A stretch of 29,201 nucleotides of DNA, from positions 1 through 29,201 of the forward strand of contig JBGPFC010000041.1 of NCBI GenBank assembly GCA_041483195.1, in the 5' to 3' direction. The translations under genes were made by a program, and so were the position numbers. The notes under the pieces were generated by a model, which was given only the letters and a program-made list of their open reading frames with translations, was not told the DNA's origin and ran no database searches. The first letter of the stretch is position 1. Each line of letters opens with the position of its first letter. Below, piece by piece: positions 9,544 through 18,376 of this stretch. This stretch comes from Candidatus Eiseniibacteriota bacterium. Lineage in GTDB: Bacteria; Eisenbacteria; RBG-16-71-46.

Positions 9544-11583
9544 ATGCGCGACGTGACCCTGGTTCTCATCGTTCACGATCACCAGCCGGTCGGCAACTTC
9601 GACGGGGTGTTCGCGCAGGCCTACGCCGATGCCTACGCGCCTTTCCTAGCGTTTCTCGAGACTCACCCCGCGATCCGCCTCGCGCTCCACACCAGCGGCC
9701 CGTTGCTGGAGTGGATCGGCGCGAACCGCGAGGAATACCTGCCGCGGCTGCGCGCACGGGTCGCGAGCGGGCAGATCGAACCGTGGGGCGGCGGGTGGTT
9801 CGAGCCGGTGCTGCCCGCGATTCCCGAGCACGACCGCCGCGGGCAGATCGCGATGATGGCGCGCTGGATCGAGACCGAGCTGGGCGCCGTGGCCCGCGGG
9901 CTCTGGCTCACCGAACGGGTATGGGAGCCGGGTCTCGCCTCGAGCCTTTCCGCCGCCGGGGTCGAATACACGGCGGTGGACGATGCGCATTTCGTGGCGG
10001 CGGGCTTCGATCGCGATGCGCTCTGGGGTTATTTCCAGACCGAGGATCAGGGCCTGCCGCTCAAGGTATTCCCGATCCATCGCGAGCTCCGATACCTCGT
10101 GCCCTTCGCCGAGCCGGAGCGCACCATCGATCTGCTGCGCCGGGTGAGCGAGGGCGGCGAGGGTCGCATCGCGGTGCTGGGCGACGACGGCGAGAAGTTC
10201 GGCGTGTGGCCCGGCACCCACGCGCTCTGCTACGAACGCGGCTGGCTCGATCGTTTCGGCGCGCTGCTGGCCGAGAACCCGTGGATCCGCATCGCGACGC
10301 CCTCCGAGGCGGTCGCCCGGCACGCACCGCTGGGACTCGCGTATCTGCCCTCCGCGTCGTATCACGAGATGCAGGAATGGGCGCTGCCGCCCGCGGCACA
10401 GGCGCGATACCACGAGGCCGCGCGGGTGCTCGCCGAGCGCTTCGGCGACGAGGCGCACGACCTGCTGCGCGGCGGTCACTGGCGCAATTTTCAGGCGCGC
10501 TACCCGGAGTCGAACCGGCTCCACAAGCGCGCGCTGCGCGCCTCGCACCGGCTGTGGGCGGGCCGCGAGGGCGGAGGTCCGGCGTGGCAGGAGGCGCGCA
10601 CCGGGCTCTGGCGCGCGCAGTGCAACTGTCCGTACTGGCACGGCGTGTTCGGGGGCCTCTACCTGCCGCACCTGCGCGCCGCGGTCTACCAGGGACTGAT
10701 CGCGGCGGAGGGCTTTCTCGCCCCCGCGACCGCGCGGGTCGAGCGCGGCGATCTCGATCTCGACGGGTTCGATGACGCGCTGCTCGAGACCCGGGAGTGG
10801 GCGGCGTGGACCTCGGCGCGCGGCGCGCGCCTGTGGGCCTTCGACGACCGCCGCGCGCTCTGCAATTACGGCGACACCCTGGCGCGGCGCCCCGAGTCCT
10901 ACCACGCGGCGCTGAGCGAGGCGGTGGTGGGGGGCGGCGATGGCGAGAGCATTCATGGCGCGATGCGAGCCAAGGAGCACGGGCTCGACGCGCTCGCGGG
11001 GAAGGTCGACGCTCACGGCCGCGACTCGTTCGTGGACCGCTGGAGCGAGGCCGGCGTCGTCGCGGAGTGGGCCGAGACGCGGTTCGACGGCCGGGCGGCG
11101 GGCGAGGACGAGGTCGTGATGGGTGCGCCAGAGGCCGAGGGGCCGGCGCTCGAGAAGTGTTTCCGGGTCGGCCAGGACGGCGCGCTCGAGGTCGAGTACC
11201 GGCTCGGCAGCACGCGCGCGCGGCTCGGCAAGCTCACCGTCGAACTCAACCTGGGACTGCACGTGCCGCAGGCGGACGATCGCTTCGTCGAGATCGACGG
11301 CGCGCGCGCGACGCCCCCGCACTTCGGGGCCACCTCGCGTCACGAGTCCGTGAGCCGCACCGCGTTCGTCGACGCGTGGGCCGGGCGGCGCCTCGACGTG
11401 TGGACCGATCGCCGCGCCACCTTCGAGCGCGCGCCGATCGAGACCGTCTCGCAGTCCGAGAGCGGCGCGGAGCGGGTGTTCCAGGGCCTCGAGGCGCGAT
11501 ACACGTTCGCGGTCGCGCTGGAGCCATCGAAGGGCTGGCGGCTGCGCTTCAGGATCGCTCCGGGCCGGGCCGCGACGGCATGA
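9544..11583 (+). CDS. GH57 4-alpha-glucanotransferase / alpha-amylase (with DUF1925/DUF1926-type C-terminal domains)
   Basis: GH57 conserved regions HDHQPVGN, GGGWFEPVL, WLTERVW (nucleophile Glu), GDDGEKFGVWP (acid/base Asp), AQCNCPYWHGVFGGLYLPHLR; C-terminal ETVSQSESGAERVFQG. No signal peptide. Start 9535 or 9544. Confidence 0.92.
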   Translation: MRDVTLVLIVHDHQPVGNFDGVFAQAYADAYAPFLAFLETHPAIRLALHTSGPLLEWIGANREEYLPRLRARVASGQIEPWGGGWFEPVLPAIPEHDRRGQIAMMARWIETELGAVARGLWLTERVWEPGLASSLSAAGVEYTAVDDAHFVAAGFDRDALWGYFQTEDQGLPLKVFPIHRELRYLVPFAEPERTIDLLRRVSEGGEGRIAVLGDDGEKFGVWPGTHALCYERGWLDRFGALLAENPWIRIATPSEAVARHAPLGLAYLPSASYHEMQEWALPPAAQARYHEAARVLAERFGDEAHDLLRGGHWRNFQARYPESNRLHKRALRASHRLWAGREGGGPAWQEARTGLWRAQCNCPYWHGVFGGLYLPHLRAAVYQGLIAAEGFLAPATARVERGDLDLDGFDDALLETREWAAWTSARGARLWAFDDRRALCNYGDTLARRPESYHAALSEAVVGGGDGESIHGAMRAKEHGLDALAGKVDAHGRDSFVDRWSEAGVVAEWAETRFDGRAAGEDEVVMGAPEAEGPALEKCFRVGQDGALEVEYRLGSTRARLGKLTVELNLGLHVPQADDRFVEIDGARATPPHFGATSRHESVSRTAFVDAWAGRRLDVWTDRRATFERAPIETVSQSESGAERVFQGLEARYTFAVALEPSKGWRLRFRIAPGRAATA

Positions 11584-12287
11584 GCCCCCGGGTCCTCGCC
11601 GTCTTCCTGCTCGGAGGGATCGCCGCGCTCGACGCCACGCCGGTCGCGCAGACCCTGCTCTCGCAGCCGCTGGTGACCGCGACCCTGCTGGGGCTCGTGT
11701 GGGGCGACCTCAAGCTCGCGCTCGAGGTGGGCATCGTGCTGCAGATACTCGCGGCGAGCACCATGCCGGTCGGCTCGCGCACGCCGGAGGATTACGCGAT
11801 CGGCGGCGTGGTGGGCGCCGGCGTCGCGCTCGCGCTCGGTTCTCAATCGGAATTCGAGGTCGCGCACAACGCGGGCGCGCTGGTCGGCGTGCTCGCCGGC
11901 ATGCTGACCGCGAAGCTGGGCGTGCCGCTGCTCAAGTGGCAGCGGCGGCGGAACGAGGGGCTGAGCCGCTGGTGCGAATCCGCGTTGCGCGCCGGGGATC
12001 AGGGCGCGCTGGCCGCGGCTCAGCGCGCCGCCGTGGCGCTCGCGTTCGCGGTCGGCGTCGCGGCCACGGCCACCTGCTTCGGGCTCGCGGTGCGCGGGCT
12101 GTCGGCTCTGGTCGCGCACGAGTCGATCCGCATGGCGCGCGCCTGGGCACTCGCGCAGCCGCTGTGGATCGGGCTCGGGCTGGCGCAGCTGCTGCACACC
12201 TTCGTGCAGCGGCGCCTCACCCGCGCGGCGCTGTTCGGCATCGCGCTGCTCGGGGGCTGGCTGGTGTTGATGGTGGGGACGCCATGA
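11580..12287 (+). CDS. PTS mannose-family EIIC
   Basis: LSQPLVTATLLGLVWGD..ALEVG..LQ...PVGSRTPED, multiple TM segments. ATGA overlap with GH57 stop. Confidence 0.88.
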   Translation: MSPRVLAVFLLGGIAALDATPVAQTLLSQPLVTATLLGLVWGDLKLALEVGIVLQILAASTMPVGSRTPEDYAIGGVVGAGVALALGSQSEFEVAHNAGALVGVLAGMLTAKLGVPLLKWQRRRNEGLSRWCESALRAGDQGALAAAQRAAVALAFAVGVAATATCFGLAVRGLSALVAHESIRMARAWALAQPLWIGLGLAQLLHTFVQRRLTRAALFGIALLGGWLVLMVGTP

Positions 12288-13036
12288 GCGGGCGCGTCCT
12301 CCGGAGCACGGACCTGTGGCGCATCGCCCTGCGCTCCTCGTTGCTGCAGGCGACCTGGAACTACGAGCGCCAGCAGGGCGTGGGATGGGCATACGCGCTC
12401 GAGCCCGCGCTGCAGCGGATCATCGTGGACCCGGCGGCGCGACGGGCGCGCCTCGCCGATCACACCGCGTACTTCAACACGCAGCCGACGATGGCGTCGC
12501 TGGCGCTGGGCGCGGTCGCCGCGCTCGAGGAGCAGCGGCTCGGCGGCGACCCGGCCGACGATCCCGCCCCGCGGGTGAAGGCGGTGCTGGGCTCGTCGCT
12601 CGCGGCGCTCGGAGACCGGTTGTTCTGGTTCACGCTGCGGCCGTTCGCGGCGTGCGCGGGGCTGCTGTGCGCCGTGAACGGAGGGTGGGCAGGTGCCCTC
12701 GCGCTCTGGACGTGTTACAACGTTGTGCACCTCGGCGTGCGCGGGGCCGGCGTGTGGTGGGGGTACCGCGAGGGGCCGCAGGTGCTGGGCGAGGCGTTGC
12801 GTCGCCGGCTCGAGCGGCTGGTGGGGGTGCTGGCCACGCTGGGTGCCGCGGCGATCGGCCTGATCGTGGCGATGCTGCTGGCGCCGGGCGGCGAACCGCG
12901 TCCGGTGGTCTTTCAGGCAACGCTCGCCGCGGGGCTCGCGCTGGGTTTGTTCGCCGCGCAGCGCGCGCGGCCGTCGCCCACCGAGTGGGCGCTGGGTTTC
13001 GGGGCGTTGTGCGTGATCGCGGGATGGATGCGGTGA
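12284..13036 (+). CDS. PTS mannose-family EIID
   Basis: LQATWNYERQQGVGWAYAL, YFNTQP, KAVLGSSLAALGDRLFWFTLRP, YN. ATGA overlap with EIIC stop. Confidence 0.93.
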   Translation: MSGRVLRSTDLWRIALRSSLLQATWNYERQQGVGWAYALEPALQRIIVDPAARRARLADHTAYFNTQPTMASLALGAVAALEEQRLGGDPADDPAPRVKAVLGSSLAALGDRLFWFTLRPFAACAGLLCAVNGGWAGALALWTCYNVVHLGVRGAGVWWGYREGPQVLGEALRRRLERLVGVLATLGAAAIGLIVAMLLAPGGEPRPVVFQATLAAGLALGLFAAQRARPSPTEWALGFGALCVIAGWMR

Positions 13037-13061
13037 ACGGGCGCGACCCGGGAGAGGCGCG

Positions 13062-13331
13062 TTGAGCGAAACCGAACTCGTCATTCGCAATCAGCTCGGT
13101 CTCCACGCCCGGGCCTGCGCGCTGTTCGTGAAGACCGCCGCCCGATTCCAGTCGCAGATCCTGGTAAGCCGCGACGATCTCGAGGTGAACGGCAAGAGCA
13201 TCATGGGGGTCATGATGCTCGCCGCCGAGGAGGGCAGCACCATCCGGGTGCGCGCCGATGGGCCGGACGAGCTGGCGGCGATCGTCGCGATCCGCGAGCT
13301 GGTCGTCGGCAAGTTCGGGGGCGAGCCGTGA
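13062..13331 (+). CDS. ptsH: Phosphocarrier protein HPr
   Basis: IRNQLGLHARA (His15 equivalent), VNGKSIMGVMMLAA (Ser46 equivalent), GPDE. TTG start with GGAGAGG upstream. Confidence 0.96.
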   Translation: MSETELVIRNQLGLHARACALFVKTAARFQSQILVSRDDLEVNGKSIMGVMMLAAEEGSTIRVRADGPDELAAIVAIRELVVGKFGGEP

Positions 13332-15085
13332 AATTCACCGGCATCGCGGCGTCGCCGGGCATCGGGCTCGGGCCGATCGTTCGCTTCGAGCGCGAAGAGC
13401 TCACCGTGCGCGACACGCCGGTGGCCCCCGCCGACGTCGACGGCGAGATCGCCCGCTTCGGCGCGGCGTGCGAGGCTGCGCGCCGCGACATCGAGGGGAT
13501 CCGCGTCGGGATCGCGGCCGAACTCGGGGAGCACGAGGCGCGCATCTACGACGCGCATCTCCTGATGCTCGACGACCCGGAGCTCATGCGCGCGGTGGAG
13601 GACGGCGTGCGCAGCGACCTCAAGAACGCAGCGTTCGTGTTCCGCGGCCACATGTCAGGGGTGGCCGCGCACCTCGAGAGCGTCAAGAACAACTACCTGA
13701 GCGAGCGGATCGCCGACGTGCTGGACATCGAGCGGCGCGTGCTGCGCCACCTGCTTCAGCGCGGCCCGCATGCGCTGCTCACGCTCGATCGCCCATCGGT
13801 GCTGGTCGCGCACGACCTCGGTCCGAGCGAGGTGGCGGTGCTCGATCGGGAGCGCGTGCTGGGCTTCGTGACCGAAGTCGGCGGCCGCACGTCGCACGGT
13901 GCGATCGTGGCGCGGGGCAGGGGCATCCCGGCGGTGGTGAGCGTGCGGGGCGTGATGGATCAGGTGAAGAACGGCGACATCGGCGCCGTGGACGGGTTCG
14001 AGGGGCGCGTCGAGATCAATCCGGACGAGGCGATCACCGCCGTCTATCGCACGCGCAGCGAGATGCTGCGCAACGAGGGGCAGGCGCTGCTCGAGTTTCG
14101 CCGCCTTCCGGCCGAGACGCTCGACGGGCGCGTGATCGAGCTGGCCGCGAACATCGAGCTGCCGGGCGACGTCGATCAGGTGCTGGCCGCCGGGGCGGAC
14201 GGCGTCGGGCTCTACCGCACGGAGTTCTTCTATCTCGACCGGGCGGAGCTGCCGGGCGAGGAGGAGCAGTTCCGCGCCTACCGTGACGTCGCGGAGCGCA
14301 TGAGCCCGCGCCCCGTGATCTTCCGCACCATGGATCTGGGGGGGGACAAGCTCGCGTCCTACCTGGGCACGACGCACGAGACCAATCCGTTCCTCGGCTG
14401 GCGCGGGATCCGGTTCGCGCTCCATCATCCCGAGGTGTTTCGCACCCAGCTGCGCGCGATCTTCCGCGCCAGCGCGCACGGACGCGTGCGCATGATGTTC
14501 CCGATGGTGTCGAGCCAGGACGAGCTCGCGCGGGCGAACCAGCTGTGCGCCGAAGTGCTCGCGGACCTCGCGCGCCAGGGGGTGCCGCACGATCCCGGGG
14601 TCGAGATCGGGATCATGATCGAGACGCCGAGCGCGGTGTGGATCGCGGACGTGCTGGCGCGCGACGCGCACTTCTTCTCGATCGGATCGAACGATCTGAT
14701 CCAGTACACGCTGGCGATGGACCGCGACAACGAGCGCCTCGCGCACCTCTACGAGCCGCTCGAGCCCTCGGTCCTCCGGAGCATTCACCACACCATCGAA
14801 GCCGGGCATCGCGCCGGGCGCTGGGTCGGGATCTGCGGCGAGATGGCCGGGGATCCGCGCAACGCCGCGCTGCTGCTGGGGCTCGGCGTGGACGAGCTCA
14901 GCATGTCGTGCTTCGATCTTCCGCGCGTCAAGGCCGCGATCCGCAGCGTGCGCTTCGAGCGGGTCCAGGACGTCGCGCGCGAGGCCCTCGAGCAGCCGTC
15001 GGCCACTGCTGTGAAGGAGCTGCTGCGCGAGCGGCTGGAATTCATGCTGCCGAGCTTCCTGCTCGCCAAGCGGAGCCCGCTGTGA
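13328..15085 (+). CDS. ptsI: PTS Enzyme I (no N-terminal GAF domain)
   Basis: GIAASPGIG, GGRTSHGAIVAR (phospho-His), GVGLYRTEF, RTMDLGGDK, NPFLGWRGIR, SIGSNDL, CGEMAGD. 585 aa. Confidence 0.96.
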   Translation: MKFTGIAASPGIGLGPIVRFEREELTVRDTPVAPADVDGEIARFGAACEAARRDIEGIRVGIAAELGEHEARIYDAHLLMLDDPELMRAVEDGVRSDLKNAAFVFRGHMSGVAAHLESVKNNYLSERIADVLDIERRVLRHLLQRGPHALLTLDRPSVLVAHDLGPSEVAVLDRERVLGFVTEVGGRTSHGAIVARGRGIPAVVSVRGVMDQVKNGDIGAVDGFEGRVEINPDEAITAVYRTRSEMLRNEGQALLEFRRLPAETLDGRVIELAANIELPGDVDQVLAAGADGVGLYRTEFFYLDRAELPGEEEQFRAYRDVAERMSPRPVIFRTMDLGGDKLASYLGTTHETNPFLGWRGIRFALHHPEVFRTQLRAIFRASAHGRVRMMFPMVSSQDELARANQLCAEVLADLARQGVPHDPGVEIGIMIETPSAVWIADVLARDAHFFSIGSNDLIQYTLAMDRDNERLAHLYEPLEPSVLRSIHHTIEAGHRAGRWVGICGEMAGDPRNAALLLGLGVDELSMSCFDLPRVKAAIRSVRFERVQDVAREALEQPSATAVKELLRERLEFMLPSFLLAKRSPL

Positions 15086-16149
15086 GCGCAGCGCTCGAGC
15101 CGCCGTTCGGCGTCCGCGACAGCGGAGACATGGCCGCGCGAATCGACGCCGTCCCGGAGCAGATCGAGGAGGCGCTGGCGCGGATCACGGGAGCGCCATG
15201 GCGGCTCCCCGCCCCGGCCCCGTCGCTGCTCGCGGTCGGAGCGATGGGCGGGTCCGCGATCGGCGCGGAGCTGGCCTCGATGGTGTACGCCGACCGCATG
15301 CCGAAGCCGCTGCTGATCGTGCGCGACTATCGCTGGCCGGCGTGCGTCACGCGGGATGCGCTGGCGCTGCTGTGCTCGTACTCGGGGGGCACCGAGGAGA
15401 CGCTCTCGCTGTACGCCGAGGCGGCGAGGCTCAGGATCCCGCGCGTCGCGCTCTCCACCGGCGGGGCGCTCGCCGCGGCGTGCGCGCGCGATGGCGTGCA
15501 TTGCGCGGGGCTGCCGGGCGGATCGCCGCCGCGCGCCGCGTTGTTCGCCGCGCTGGTGCCGCTGACCGCGCTGCTCCACACGCTGGAGTGGACCGACGAC
15601 CCGGCGCCGGCCTGGCGCGACGCCGCGGCGCGGCTGCGCGCGCGTCGCGATGCGCTCGGGCCGCGGGTGCCCGAGGCGCGCAATCCGGCGAAGCAGATGG
15701 CCCGCGCGCTCGAGGGCCGGCTGGTGTTCGTGTATGCGGGTGCGGCCCGGATGGGAGCGGTGGCGACGCGCTGGAGGCAGCAGCTCAACGAAAATGCTAA
15801 GCTGCTCGGCCATTCGGCGCTCGTGCCCGAGCTCAACCACAACGAGATCGTGGGCTGGGAGCGGCCGGGCGACGTCCACCGCAGGGTATCGGTGGTCGTC
15901 CTGCGCGACGCCGAGGATGCGCCGGAGGTGGCGCGGCGACTCACGCTGACCGCCGAGTACGCGCTGCGGCAGGGAGCGGCGGTGCACGAGGTGCCGGCGG
16001 CCGAAGGCGGCCGCCTCGCGCGCGTCGCGGCGCAGGTGCAGTGGGGTGATTACGTGAGCCTTTATCTGGCGCTCCTGAGCGGCGCGGACCCGACGCCGAT
16101 CGTGAGCATCGACGAGTTCAAGCGACGCCTCGCAGATTCCGGGGCGTGA
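15082..16149 (+). CDS. Bifunctional phosphoglucose/phosphomannose isomerase (SIS fold)
   Basis: [71 protein letters not shown] overlap with EI stop. Confidence 0.92.
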   Translation: MSAALEPPFGVRDSGDMAARIDAVPEQIEEALARITGAPWRLPAPAPSLLAVGAMGGSAIGAELASMVYADRMPKPLLIVRDYRWPACVTRDALALLCSYSGGTEETLSLYAEAARLRIPRVALSTGGALAAACARDGVHCAGLPGGSPPRAALFAALVPLTALLHTLEWTDDPAPAWRDAAARLRARRDALGPRVPEARNPAKQMARALEGRLVFVYAGAARMGAVATRWRQQLNENAKLLGHSALVPELNHNEIVGWERPGDVHRRVSVVVLRDAEDAPEVARRLTLTAEYALRQGAAVHEVPAAEGGRLARVAAQVQWGDYVSLYLALLSGADPTPIVSIDEFKRRLADSGA

Positions 16150-16232
16150 GCGGATCCAGCGGGCCGGCCGCCAGGGGCGCCGGGCCCGAAGCCAGCCACA
16201 CCAGACCACAGAACCCTTCCAGAGGAGCATTC

Positions 16233-17378
16233 ATGGGCGCCCGTCATCTCTTCACGTCCGAGTCCGTGACCGAAGGTCATCCCGACAAGATCGCAGATCA
16301 GATTTCCGACTCCGTGCTCGACGCGCTCATCGCGCAGGACCCGATGAGCCGGGTCGCCTGCGAGGTGCTGGTGACCACCGGGCTCGCGGTGATCGCGGGC
16401 GAGATCTCGAGCAACGGCTACGTCGAGATCCCGAGCCTGGTGCGCCGCGTGATCGGCGAGATCGGTTACGACAGCGCGGAATACGGGTTCGACAGCCACA
16501 CCTGCGCCGTGGTGACGACCATCGACGATCAGTCTGGCGACATCGCGATGGGGGTGGACAAGGGCGGCGCCGGGGACCAGGGGCTGATGTTCGGGTTCGC
16601 CTGCCGCGAGACTCCGCAGCTGATGCCGCTGCCGATCATGCTCGCCCACGCCATCACGCGCCGGCTCGCGAAGGTGCGCCGCAGCGGTCTCGTGCCCTAC
16701 CTGCGGCCCGACGGCAAGTCGCAGGTCACGGTCGAGTACGACGACGGCCGCCCGGTGCGCGTCGACACGGTCGTGGTCTCGAGCCAGCACGCGGCCGGGA
16801 TCAAGCACACCACGATCGAGCGCGACATCATCCGGAACGTGGTGATGCCGGTCGTCCCGAAACGCATGATCGATCGGAGCCGGCCGATCAAGTTCCACAT
16901 CAATCCCACCGGCTCGTTCGTGAAGGGCGGCCCCATGGCCGACACGGGTCTCACCGGGCGCAAGATCATCGTGGACACCTACGGCGGCGTCGGGAGTCAT
17001 GGAGGCGGCGCGTTTTCCGGCAAGGACCCGAGCAAGGTGGACCGCTCGGCCTCGTACGGCGCGCGGTACGTCGCGAAGAACCTGGTCGCGAGCGGGCTGT
17101 GCGATCGCTGCGAGGTGCAGATCGCGTACGCGATCGGGGTGCCGCAGCCGGTGAGCATCATGGTCGACACCAAGCGCACCGGAAGGGTGAGCGACGAGAA
17201 GCTGACCGCGCTGGTGCGGAAGCACTTCGATCTCACGCCCAAGGGACTCATCCAGCATCTTCGGCTGCGCCGTCCCATCTTCCGCGCGACCGCCGCCTAC
17301 GGCCATTTCGGCCGCAACGAGCCGACGTTCACATGGGAGCGGACCGACAAGGCGAAGCTGCTCGCGAAGAGCGTTTGA
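16233..17378 (+). CDS. metK: S-adenosylmethionine synthetase
   Basis: [77 protein letters not shown] just upstream of the ATG at 16233. Confidence 0.98.
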   Translation: MGARHLFTSESVTEGHPDKIADQISDSVLDALIAQDPMSRVACEVLVTTGLAVIAGEISSNGYVEIPSLVRRVIGEIGYDSAEYGFDSHTCAVVTTIDDQSGDIAMGVDKGGAGDQGLMFGFACRETPQLMPLPIMLAHAITRRLAKVRRSGLVPYLRPDGKSQVTVEYDDGRPVRVDTVVVSSQHAAGIKHTTIERDIIRNVVMPVVPKRMIDRSRPIKFHINPTGSFVKGGPMADTGLTGRKIIVDTYGGVGSHGGGAFSGKDPSKVDRSASYGARYVAKNLVASGLCDRCEVQIAYAIGVPQPVSIMVDTKRTGRVSDEKLTALVRKHFDLTPKGLIQHLRLRRPIFRATAAYGHFGRNEPTFTWERTDKAKLLAKSV

Positions 17379-17464
17379 GCGGGGAGATTCCACGGGGCCC
17401 GGCTGAGCGCATACCGCGTCGCGGGGCCACGAATCCGACGTCGCGAGTTTAGCAATATGAAATC

Positions 17465-17511
17465 ATCCGCTACCGGCGCGCGCATTTTGACCGCGCCGGT
17501 GGCGGATTTCT
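17465..17511 (+). terminator. Probable intrinsic terminator after metK
   Basis: 16-bp stem ATCCGCTACCGGCGCG / CGCGCCGGTGGCGGAT (one G-U pair), 11-nt loop, followed by a short T-rich tract. Confidence 0.65.
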
Positions 17512-17590
17512 GTCGCGTGCGAGCGCCGGGGCCGTGTACCATCGAAGCACCTCGCCGCCATCGTCGTGACGCTCATCGTGGAGGAGATTC

Positions 17591-18259
17591 ATGAACCCGG
17601 ATCGCGATCTCCCGCAGGCCCTCCTGCCGCGCCCGCTTCTCGTCGCGCTCGCCGCGCTCCTGAGCTTCGGGCTCGCCCGCTCCGCGACCGCCGCGCCAAC
17701 GCTCGGCTTCCAGGAGGACTGGCCCGGAGTCTCAGTTCAGAACTGGGGCGGCGGAGCCACGTACTCGAACCCCGGAACCGGCGGCGTGGGAGGCGCGGGC
17801 GACGGCTATCTCATCATGTCCACCGCCGCTGCCGCCCAGCTGGGCACGGTGAGCCTCGATGTGCCCTACGCCGGGAACTGGACGGCGGCGGGCATCGCGC
17901 AGGTGAAGGTGTGGCTGAACGACATCGGCACCGCGAACCCGCTCGAGATTCACTTCTCGATCGGAAACGGCGGAAACTTCTGGCAGTACAATCCCGGGTT
18001 CGTTCCGCCGCACAACGCCTGGGCGCAGTTCACGGTGAACCTGAACGCATCGTCGTTCACGCAGATCACGGGTGTCGGCACGTTCGCCGCGGCGCTGGCG
18101 GCCGTGGACCGCGTGCATTTGCGTCACGACAAGCCGCCCTTCGTCCTCTCGCCCGATGTGATCCAGGGCGACGTCGGCATCGACCGGTTGCTGCTCACGA
18201 ATCCGACCACGGCGGTGCAGCACACCACGTGGGGCCGTATCCAGGCGCTTTACCGCTGA
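17591..18259 (+). CDS. Secreted hypothetical protein with C-terminal TWG-x-I-x-A-L-Y-R tail
   Basis: SD GGAGGAG, Sec-type signal (LLVALAALLSFGLARSATA), ~170-aa core paralogous to the next gene, ends PTTAVQHTTWGRIQALYR. Confidence 0.85.
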   Translation: MNPDRDLPQALLPRPLLVALAALLSFGLARSATAAPTLGFQEDWPGVSVQNWGGGATYSNPGTGGVGGAGDGYLIMSTAAAAQLGTVSLDVPYAGNWTAAGIAQVKVWLNDIGTANPLEIHFSIGNGGNFWQYNPGFVPPHNAWAQFTVNLNASSFTQITGVGTFAAALAAVDRVHLRHDKPPFVLSPDVIQGDVGIDRLLLTNPTTAVQHTTWGRIQALYR

Positions 18260-18376
18260 GTCACGGCCGCCCCCCCCCGGCGCCGACCGTTGCGTTCGTT
18301 GAGCTCGGAATGCCGAGCCACCAGGGCTGACGCGTTTCATCAACGGCCGCGCGTTCGATTCGCCACCGGGGGACCC

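Noticed and set aside
9509..9556. 15-codon ORF (MIEKAARPAWVPCAT) starting in an ATGA overlap with the EIIB stop
   Set aside because: Too short to support and out of frame with GH57. It could be a chance ATGA or a remnant of the insertion.
9646..11343. 565-aa minus-strand ORF and other off-frame Arg/Pro-rich ORFs throughout
   Set aside because: They overlap well-supported genes and show composition typical of non-coding frames.
13328..15085. Calling the EI a nitrogen-related EI-Ntr because of rpoN proximity
   Set aside because: No N-terminal GAF domain, and the length matches general Enzyme I.
16150..16232. Possible SAM riboswitch before metK
   Set aside because: Only 83 bp, with no SAM-I/II core motifs recognised. 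An Infernal/Rfam scan would be decisive.
17441..17464. AT-rich patch as an IHF site or sRNA promoter
   Set aside because: No adequate match to WATCAANNNNTTR or a -35/-10 pair. The adjacent hairpin is explained as the metK terminator.
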